Shown: positions 57,968 to 64,000 of the stretch, piece by piece
How the letters are laid out: every line of letters begins with the position of its first letter
How positions within the stretch are numbered: the stretch's first letter is position 1
DNA from: a virus
DNA: 64,000 nt
Virus record (IMG/VR): IMGVR_UViG_3300032236_001503
Location: 99,238 to 163,237 of that record
Direction: 5' to 3' (one strand)
Made by a program: the position numbers and the translations under genes
The notes under the pieces: generated by a model
Database searches by the model: none
What the model saw: only the letters and a program-made list of their open reading frames with translations
Told to the model about the DNA's origin: nothing

Positions 57968-58867
57968 ATGTCTTTTAATCAAAATTCATTTACTCAGGGA
58001 GAATTATTCCCATTGGTTCAGGGTGAATTATTTTCCAATTTACCAAATACCCGTAAAATAAAAAAAGGAAAATGTCTTCAGTGTCATAATGAATTTTCAA
58101 AATCAAAAAGCAATAATCTCTATTGCTCAAAAAAGTGTGTCAATAATGCATACCGTGAAAGAAAATTTCCCAAGAATATAGTTATAGTAAAATGCTTAAA
58201 GTGTTCTGAAGAGTTTGAAAGAAAACGCAGTGATCACAAATATTGTTCAAAGATTTGCTTAAATAAGCACAAATACGAATTAAACAGAGAAGAGTATTTA
58301 AAATATTCCAAACAATGGAGAGAAAGTAACAAAGAACGAGTCAAGCAATGGAGAATAGATAATAAAGATCGTTTGGCAAAATGGTATGAAAAAAACAGAG
58401 ACAGGCAAAATGAACGCAAAAGAATAGCAGAAAAAATACGCTATAATAAAAAGAAAGATGAAATCTATGCCAAACGCAAACATTTCATAAAAACAAATCC
58501 CCATGCCAAAATAGCAACTGCATGTAGGAAAAGAGTTCAGGCAATTTTTAGACGTAGTGGAATTAAAAAGAGTTCCAAAACCATAGAACTCTTAGGATGC
58601 ACTGCCAAAGAAGCAAAACAACATATAGAAAGCCAATTTAAAGACGGTATGAGTTGGGATAACTATGGCTTCTATGGATGGCACATAGATCATATAAAAC
58701 CATGTGCTGCCTTTGACCTAACCGATCCTGAAGAGCAAAAGAAGTGTTTCCATTACACAAACCTTCAACCCCTATGGTGGCAAGATAACCTTTCCAAGGG
58801 TAAGAAATATAATATAAATGATTTGGAATTAATTCCATTATCTTCAGAATCTTCGGCGCAACCGTAA
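57968..58867 (+). CDS. HNH endonuclease with Zn-finger repeats
   Basis: C..C...YCS..C x2, LGC, GM.W.NYG..WHIDHIKPC..FDL, CFHYTNLQPLW..DN..K. Confidence 0.92.
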   Translation: MSFNQNSFTQGELFPLVQGELFSNLPNTRKIKKGKCLQCHNEFSKSKSNNLYCSKKCVNNAYRERKFPKNIVIVKCLKCSEEFERKRSDHKYCSKICLNKHKYELNREEYLKYSKQWRESNKERVKQWRIDNKDRLAKWYEKNRDRQNERKRIAEKIRYNKKKDEIYAKRKHFIKTNPHAKIATACRKRVQAIFRRSGIKKSSKTIELLGCTAKEAKQHIESQFKDGMSWDNYGFYGWHIDHIKPCAAFDLTDPEEQKKCFHYTNLQPLWWQDNLSKGKKYNINDLELIPLSSESSAQP

Positions 58868-58884
58868 CATTCTGAATACTTTTT

Positions 58885-59003
58885 TATACCCTTTAAGGTA
58901 TAGTGATTTAAACACTACTCTGTATACCGCCCATAGGTATACCCTATAGGGTATAGGGGAGGCACTGCCCACCCCCCTATGTTAGGAACTAACATCCCTA
59001 TAG
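58885..59003. repeat. Dense cluster of palindromes
   Basis: Perfect 18-bp palindrome TATACCCTATAGGGTATA (58938-58955) plus at least four further inverted repeats. Confidence 0.8.
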
Positions 59004-59184
59004 CTAAATTTTCGTAGCCCCACCTCGGTTTTTGTCAAGCTCAAAAATCCAATGTCGTCTAATAGATACACGATAGAAAAAACTTGACTTGGGTAAAACA
59101 AAATGATTCGCAAGACTTGACCATGTATCAGTCGAAGAAGAATCCCAACCACCTTTCGATGATTGGGATCTCTTGAAGGATGGA

Positions 59185-59388
59185 TTAATAATCCTCGTCA
59201 AGACACTCGCCTAGTTCGGCAAGCTCCTGTCGCCCATCATTACCACTACGACTCCAACCACAGTAGCAACGAGATAGCTTATGATGGTTATCACAGCTAT
59301 GACAAACCCAAGCACCACACGAGCGACTCCACTCAAAGGTAGAGCCACAGCTGCAATCCTTAGAAGCTACGTTAGAATCCTGAGACAT
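59185..59388 (-). CDS. Small Cys-rich Zn-finger protein
   Basis: CSCG, C..CD, CYCGW; AAGGAGGTGA SD upstream. Confidence 0.65.
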   Translation of the reverse strand: MSQDSNVASKDCSCGSTFEWSRSCGAWVCHSCDNHHKLSRCYCGWSRSGNDGRQELAELGECLDEDY

Positions 59389-59507
59389 TTAAATCACCTC
59401 CTTTATAGATCAATAGAAGAACAAAGAAGTATGAAGAAGTAAAGAAGTATTTGCGTTGGGCAAAATAAATTCTTTTCATTCTTAATGCCCTAGGAATGTA
59501 TGAAGAA

Positions 59508-59538
59508 CTATCCGATCCCCACCACAAGGATCGGATAG
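59508..59538 (-). terminator. Probable intrinsic terminator
   Basis: 11-bp stem CTATCCGATCC/GGATCGGATAG after the 59561-61196 gene run. Confidence 0.7.
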
Positions 59539-59560
59539 CTTTTACTTCACCACTATCCTG

Positions 59561-59764
59561 TTATGAATTATTCTGAAAGGGTGAGGCTACTTGCCAAGAG
59601 TGTTGAGGATTGATTTGGAGGAAGAAGGCTTGCCAAGGTAGGGATGGATCTTTCTGGATCTTCTGGATATAAGAGGCGTAGGTATAGCCAAGGGTTAGGA
59701 AGAAGGAGATGGCGAGGATGATATTGATCCTTGTTGTGTATTTGCGAAGGAGGAAGATATTCAT
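59561..59764 (-). CDS. Small membrane protein
   Basis: One TM segment; translationally coupled. Confidence 0.5.
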   Translation of the reverse strand: MNIFLLRKYTTRINIILAISFFLTLGYTYASYIQKIQKDPSLPWQAFFLQINPQHSWQVASPFQNNS

Positions 59765-59979
59765 TACTTGGTATTGTTGGAGTTGTCGCAGTAGTCTTGA
59801 AAGGAGATTAACCCCTTGAGATAGCTTGCCAGTAGTAAAGCCTCATTGTAGTTGTAGCCTTGACCCATACGAGCATGGATAATGTCGCTGGCATTAAGGT
59901 TGACTGATATCTCTTTGGCTTCCGTGAGGTTGCCATTGATAAGGTTATCAATAGCGTCTTGGGCTAGGATTGTTTTCAT
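59764..59979 (-). CDS. Hypothetical protein
   Basis: ATGA overlap with the upstream gene. Confidence 0.55.
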   Translation of the reverse strand: MKTILAQDAIDNLINGNLTEAKEISVNLNASDIIHARMGQGYNYNEALLLASYLKGLISFQDYCDNSNNTK

Positions 59980-60269
59980 GCTTGAGCCTCCACGATCTGC
60001 ATAGCGGCTTCCTTGAGGATGCAGACACTACCTGCTTTAGTTGGATAGTCTCCGCATTCCTTTAGCTTGGTATTGATATCGAAGGGAACGATAGTCATCA
60101 TATTGTCCCAAGTGTTCAAGGGGATATTGTTGAAGTGATTGTCCTTTCCTTCCATGAGGGTTTCTAGGTGGAAGCGACTAACACGATTCATCACGGCAGG
60201 GGTGACGAATTGGGAATAGTATTCCCTATGTGTAAACTCTCCGTCGAGGTATTGTTTGCGAGTGATCAT
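59976..60269 (-). CDS. Conserved phage hypothetical protein
   Basis: TR..Y.....H.EYY.QFV...D.HFN.IPL..WD...VC.LKEAA. Confidence 0.65.
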   Translation of the reverse strand: MITRKQYLDGEFTHREYYSQFVTPAVMNRVSRFHLETLMEGKDNHFNNIPLNTWDNMMTIVPFDINTKLKECGDYPTKAGSVCILKEAAMQIVEAQA

Positions 60270-60295
60270 GGTGAGTGGTGAGGTTGAAGGTTGAA

Positions 60296-60496
60296 TTAGT
60301 ATCCTCTTTCGTTCTTGTCGGCGCAGGAGTTACAGATGGCGTAGTCGTGCTTGATCTTAACTTCCCTTCCGCATTGATTGCAAGTCTTCAATACGCTATT
60401 CTTCTGCATATAGTTGTAGAATTGGCGCATATCCTCTTGGGAATCAAATCCGTCTGGATTGTAGTGACCGAAGTTATCGTCGTAGAAGGTAGCCAT
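60296..60496 (-). CDS. Zn-finger hypothetical protein
   Basis: YDDNFGHY, C..CGR.V...C..CAD..E.G. Confidence 0.65.
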   Translation of the reverse strand: MATFYDDNFGHYNPDGFDSQEDMRQFYNYMQKNSVLKTCNQCGREVKIKHDYAICNSCADKNERGY

Positions 60497-60524
60497 AGTG
60501 GTGAGTGGTGAGGGTTAGGGATGG

Positions 60525-60791
60525 TTACTTGATACCAAGGGAGTTGAGCTTGTTCTGAAAAGCCTGTTTGGTGGCGTTCTCATAGAACGATCCGTCTTGA
60601 AAGGGAGCTTGGGCAAAGGAGTCATCATTCCAATGGAAGGAGACATTCCCCCAAGAGCTTGCTTCAAAGAAAGCGGCATGGTGGACGATTGCGGTATGTT
60701 GCCAGTAGAGGCTAGTCACTAGGCAATCAATGGCGCAGATGATGCAGATGAGGAGGGCAAGGGTGAGGGTTTGATAGATGGTGTTTTTCAT
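60525..60791 (-). CDS. Small membrane-anchored protein
   Basis: Start set at MKNTIY (60791), downstream of its promoter; one TM segment. Confidence 0.55.
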   Translation of the reverse strand: MKNTIYQTLTLALLICIICAIDCLVTSLYWQHTAIVHHAAFFEASSWGNVSFHWNDDSFAQAPFQDGSFYENATKQAFQNKLNSLGIK

Positions 60792-60839
60792 AACGAGAGT
60801 GATTAGATCAGATGACTTGGATTCTGTCAACAATATATT

Positions 60840-61196
60840 TTAACGATTGATGACAATCTGAACAGGGGGTTGAGTGGGATATGGAAGGCAATTAGGTTGA
60901 GGGACACAAACAGGAAGCGGTGCAAGGGGTGCAAAGGCTCCTAATGCTCCGATGATATTGGCAATGCCGTTGAGGGTGACAGCGGTTTGAGTGGAAGAAT
61001 AGTTTCCATAGATACCTCCGTTATTATAGGAAACCGAACGGGTGTAGTTTCCCCTTGCTCCAGAATAGGAGGTTGTGGAGTTGTAGGAGCTTGCGTTGCC
61101 ATAGCCTCCTCCCCCTCCATACCATGCTTTTGATGAGGAGAGCATGGAAGCGGTGACAAGGATAGCGAGGACTGATTTGGTGATGGTGTTTTTCAT
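60840..61196 (-). CDS. Secreted Gly/Ser/Tyr-rich protein
   Basis: Signal peptide ending SKA, low-complexity body, Pro-rich tail. Confidence 0.6.
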   Translation of the reverse strand: MKNTITKSVLAILVTASMLSSSKAWYGGGGGYGNASSYNSTTSYSGARGNYTRSVSYNNGGIYGNYSSTQTAVTLNGIANIIGALGAFAPLAPLPVCVPQPNCLPYPTQPPVQIVINR

Positions 61197-61250
61197 AACA
61201 AATGAGAGTCAATCAGATAGAGTTAAAGATTGCAAGACTTATTTTTTGGG

Positions 61251-61283
61251 GGTAAATGGGTGTTGGGTAAAATAAAATCTTTC
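61251..61283. repeat. Cassette repeat GGTAAATGGGTGTTGGGTAAAATAAAATCTTTC
   Basis: Identical over 33 bp to 62457-62489. Confidence 0.92.
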
Positions 61284-61333
61284 TGACTTGTCTGCCCAAA
61301 CCTAGGTAAATTAAATTGATATTATATAGGCAC

Positions 61334-61361
61334 AAAAAAAGAGGGCATTTCTGCCCCCTTT
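61334..61361 (-). terminator. Intrinsic terminator
   Basis: GGGGGCA-GAAA-TGCCCTC followed by a T tract. Confidence 0.85.
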
Positions 61362-61383
61362 AATTTGTTATGTTAGTTGAGTG

Positions 61384-61653
61384 TTAGCTCTGGTGGATGG
61401 CTGCGGTGATCGTGCGGATCAACTCTTCGCAATCGTCAATCCCCTGCTGGAGATCCCTGCTCTTGTACTTCTTGCCTGTGTACTGGGAGAGGCGAGTGAG
61501 GAGGAATTTGGCATTGGCTCCTCTGGTGATCATCATTCCCCTTTGGAGGGCTTTGAGACCCATTTTGATGGTGCTGATCTGCACCCCCTGAATCTGGATG
61601 GGAGTGTCGAGGACAACGCAAGGCTCTTGCGTTACTGGTGGTACTTTGCTCAT
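61384..61653 (-). CDS. Hypothetical protein
   Basis: 89 aa in a promoter-terminator cassette; GM..TRG...TGK.Y motif. Confidence 0.65.
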   Translation of the reverse strand: MSKVPPVTQEPCVVLDTPIQIQGVQISTIKMGLKALQRGMMITRGANAKFLLTRLSQYTGKKYKSRDLQQGIDDCEELIRTITAAIHQS

Positions 61654-61750
61654 GGTGGTGGTGTTTGGTTATATAGTCATCATTGACTATGGATAAAGTA
61701 GATCATGTTCTTGATTATTTGTCGAGCGAATTTTTTTAAATAAATACACC

Positions 61751-61771
61751 TTGGGTAAAATAAAATCTTTC
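61751..61771. repeat. Cassette repeat (21-bp core)
   Basis: TTGGGTAAAATAAAATCTTTC. Confidence 0.88.
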
Positions 61772-61808
61772 GCTTCTCTTTCCCCATAGGGAGGAAATAA
61801 AAAAAACC

Positions 61809-61846
61809 AAAAATCCCCTCCTCCTTTTTAGGGGAAGAGGGGATTT
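61809..61846 (-). terminator. Intrinsic terminator
   Basis: AAATCCCCTC...GAGGGGATTT stem followed by T tracts. Confidence 0.85.
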
Positions 61847-61859
61847 GATGGGGGGAAGG

Positions 61860-62321
61860 TTAGAGGATAATATCCCTCACATTCTCTGCCTTGATGGTGA
61901 AGCAAAGGGGCTTCTCTTCGTTAGGCTTGGGAAGCTCTGATGCCAGCACCAGCGGTTCAATCACCGACTTGTCAACCGATACGCCGTTGAGGAAATACTC
62001 AACCTTGGGGGTGAAGTCGATTCCGCTTGCAGGATAGAACCGAGCATAATCAGCCCCCTTGTGGGTGATATGAAGGGGAAACTCTGCCCATTCTCCCCAA
62101 GGCAGACCAGCGTTTTCAGAAGGAAGAGAACCATCTTCACGACCTTCCTTGACGACCTTCATGTTCTCATAGTCCACCCCTCCACGAATCACCAGCTTGG
62201 TGATTTTCTCGACCTTGTTGCCAGCGTGAGCCTTCTTTGTCTTGAGGCTCTTGCCGATGACCGCAGAAAGGTTTGCACCCTTGCGATTCTTGATGACTTC
62301 CTTGATGAGGTTGATGTTCAT
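61860..62321 (-). CDS. Conserved phage hypothetical protein
   Basis: R.GVDY.N, LPWGEW..FP..I.HKG..Y.R.YP. Confidence 0.7.
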   Translation of the reverse strand: MNINLIKEVIKNRKGANLSAVIGKSLKTKKAHAGNKVEKITKLVIRGGVDYENMKVVKEGREDGSLPSENAGLPWGEWAEFPLHITHKGADYARFYPASGIDFTPKVEYFLNGVSVDKSVIEPLVLASELPKPNEEKPLCFTIKAENVRDIIL

Positions 62322-62456
62322 ACTATCAATAAGGGTTTTCCACCCTTTGCCACTTTATTATCGGTAGGCTTTGCACCGGATCATCGTTTGATGATGGATA
62401 AAGTAAATCATACTTTCGTCTTTTCGTCAATAGGTTTTTTTATTTTTTTTATAGGA

Positions 62457-62489
62457 GGTAAATGGGTGTTGGGTAAAATAAAATCTTTC
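62457..62489. repeat. Cassette repeat (33 bp)
   Basis: Identical to 61251-61283. Confidence 0.92.
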
Positions 62490-62516
62490 CCAGCTTTTCC
62501 CCCATATAGGGATCAC

Positions 62517-62549
62517 AAAAAAATCCCCTTGACTTGCAAGAGGATTTTT
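62517..62549 (-). terminator. Intrinsic terminator
   Basis: AAAATCCTCTTG...CAAGGGGATTTT followed by further T. Confidence 0.85.
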
Positions 62550-62562
62550 GATTGTGGAAGGA

Positions 62563-63273
62563 TTAGGCTCTGTGGATCACAAAACCGCTTGTGTCTTTCT
62601 TTCCTTTCCCCTTTGCTTTCAATCCGACGATCACACCTTTTTCATCCAAAAAGCGGAGATCGCTTTCATCACCATTGATGACTTTCTTCCCCTTATAGGA
62701 TGAAGGGAGAGAGTCAAAAACCATCGCCACGTTTCCCCCCATTGAAAGGATGAGATCACAAAGGGCATCGTTATTTTCCTTTCTTGAAAAGGTGAGGTGA
62801 TAATTAGAGGGCAATTCACCTTTCAAGAATTGAATCATGCGGTTAGCGTTTGGCGTGTAATCATAAAATTGGACATCCGAAAAGGATTGCATGATGTCAC
62901 CGATATTGTGCCAAGGGAGATCGCTTGTGCCATTTAAGCGGACGCAAGGGGTCATCCCCTTTTTCTGTGCTTTCTTTACTAGGGAAGCAATTTCCTCCTT
63001 TAGTTGAGAGACAAAACCATCACGATCAGAAAGGAAACGGAGAGTCTTTTTTACTCTTGCGTCTTTGATAGGTTGCATGGCTCCCCTTCCACTAGTAAAT
63101 AGGCAAGCAACCTTGCAACCATCCGAAGCATGAGGGCAGAGGTTTTTTCCGCTTTCCGTTGCAGGGGCCAAGTAAATGATGCCCGTGATGAATCCCTTTT
63201 TCTGCCCTTTGATCGTCTTTGCGTTTGTATCGTGGGCAAGAATAGGTTGTGCTTTTGTGGTGGTGGTTTTCAT
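62563..63273 (-). CDS. Phage Gp88-like protein with a Cys triad
   Basis: N.KT.K, YLAP, LCP.AS.GC...CL...GRG, RLNGTSD, FYDYT, NYHLTFS, GD.SD.RF.D, GL.AKG. Confidence 0.75.
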   Translation of the reverse strand: MKTTTTKAQPILAHDTNAKTIKGQKKGFITGIIYLAPATESGKNLCPHASDGCKVACLFTSGRGAMQPIKDARVKKTLRFLSDRDGFVSQLKEEIASLVKKAQKKGMTPCVRLNGTSDLPWHNIGDIMQSFSDVQFYDYTPNANRMIQFLKGELPSNYHLTFSRKENNDALCDLILSMGGNVAMVFDSLPSSYKGKKVINGDESDLRFLDEKGVIVGLKAKGKGKKDTSGFVIHRA

Positions 63274-63350
63274 GAGGAAGCTATGAGATCAGAAAACCGC
63301 TTTCATGGCAAGAATTTTTTTTGATTTTTCAGATTTTTTTTTTGTGGTGG

Positions 63351-63380
63351 AAATGGGTGTTGGGTAAAATAAAATCTTTC
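63351..63380. repeat. Cassette repeat (30 bp)
   Basis: AAATGGGTGTTGGGTAAAATAAAATCTTTC. Confidence 0.92.
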
Positions 63381-63403
63381 TCGTGTATTCACCCATTATT
63401 ATA

Positions 63404-63469
63404 TTGTAAGATAAACGAACACTATCTATTCATTTATCTTACAAGTTATTATCTTACAATTACTTACAA
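63404..63469. repeat. Inverted and direct TTATCTTACAA repeats
   Basis: 12-bp inverted repeat 63404-63415/63433-63444, direct copy at 63449-63459, partial copy at 63461-63469. Confidence 0.7.
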
Positions 63470-63478
63470 AGTAAGAAT

Positions 63479-63676
63479 CTATTCATCTTCTGGATGGACA
63501 TCTCTACAATACTCTGCTACTCCTGCATCATATCCCATCTTGTATTGAATATGATTTAGAAGCTCTTTACCTTTACCATTCCATCCGTCATAAGGATTAT
63601 CGCTTACTCCCTCTTCATATCCATCCACAAATCCCTTGCAATAACCAATGTTTCTTTCGTCTGGTTTAATGCTCAT
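63479..63676 (-). CDS. Hypothetical protein
   Basis: GY..G..DG...NPY...Y..GY..G pattern. Confidence 0.6.
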   Translation of the reverse strand: MSIKPDERNIGYCKGFVDGYEEGVSDNPYDGWNGKGKELLNHIQYKMGYDAGVAEYCRDVHPEDE

Positions 63677-63870
63677 AGTCCGTGAATCTGCTTGTGCTTG
63701 ATGAGTGCTTCAATGAATTCCGTGAGTTCTTTATTTGGAATAGTCAGAACAACTTTCTCTGTCTTATCATCTTTTTCCTTGACAGTAGTGTAGGCAGGAT
63801 AATCTTCTGAGATTTCAATGATGTAGTCTGCGTCTTCTAAATTGATTGTGATACTTGTTCTAATTTTCAT
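63673..63870 (-). CDS. Hypothetical protein
   Basis: 65 aa; ATGA overlap with the next gene. Confidence 0.55.
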   Translation of the reverse strand: MKIRTSITINLEDADYIIEISEDYPAYTTVKEKDDKTEKVVLTIPNKELTEFIEALIKHKQIHGL

Positions 63871-64000
63871 GTGTGTATATACGAGTGCGTGTGTGTTATG
63901 ATGTTGCGTGTGTACTTGCGTGGTAATAAAACACGGTGTTGTATTTTAACACGGTGTTGTATAAAAACGCTGTTACAGATTTAAACTCTCAATGATTTGA

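Noticed and set aside
61734-61761. Xer/dif-like recombination site reading of the cassette repeat
   Set aside because: TTGGGTAAAAT matches the XerD arm at 8 of 11 positions, but there is no conserved second arm or dyad and conservation extends on the wrong side; chance similarity in AT-rich DNA is likely
62061-62678. 205-aa plus-strand ORF
   Set aside because: It runs antisense across two real genes, a terminator, the repeat and a promoter
59089-63380. CRISPR array
   Set aside because: The repeats are hundreds to about 1800 bp apart and separated by whole genes; there is no cas operon (the Cas4-like nuclease at 11988 is a common stand-alone phage exonuclease)

Overview
64 kb of a large, AT-rich T4-like (contractile-tailed) phage genome that uses the standard genetic code. 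From left to right: a tail/baseplate module (hub-like proteins, gp54-like protein, tail tube gp19, sheath gp18), PhoH, a gp14-like neck protein, nucleotide metabolism (NrdB/NrdA, dCMP deaminase, PurA, GuaC), accessory enzymes (DNA MTase, CysC, RmlC, TagD-like cytidylyltransferase, four metallophosphoesterases, a SET-domain protein, a MoaD/ThiS-type protein, a Pol-beta-type nucleotidyltransferase), and a minus-strand RNA region (about 31.2-39.3 kb plus 48.4-48.9 kb) with 18 tRNAs, a tmRNA, a tRNA-like RNA and three unassigned structured elements interleaved with homing endonucleases. A cluster of late-promoter genes follows (SNF2 helicase, ArdC/HEXXH protein, zincin), then a visibly GC-richer region (about 59-63.4 kb) of repeat-delimited promoter-gene-terminator cassettes. 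The strongest unexplained signals: (1) an exactly spaced N-terminal D-x3-[LI]-x2-[AIL]-Y motif on 7 unrelated proteins, a candidate capsid-targeting signal for injected cargo; (2) atypical RNAs: a ~213-nt ncRNA, a tmRNA with a 34-aa tag, Ser(ACT), Ile(TAT) with a long variable arm, a 98-nt tRNA mimic and two tRNA-trailer three-way junctions; (3) early cassettes with a helically phased 21-33 bp repeat and a non-canonical -10 box. All family calls come from motifs recognised by eye; no database searches were run.
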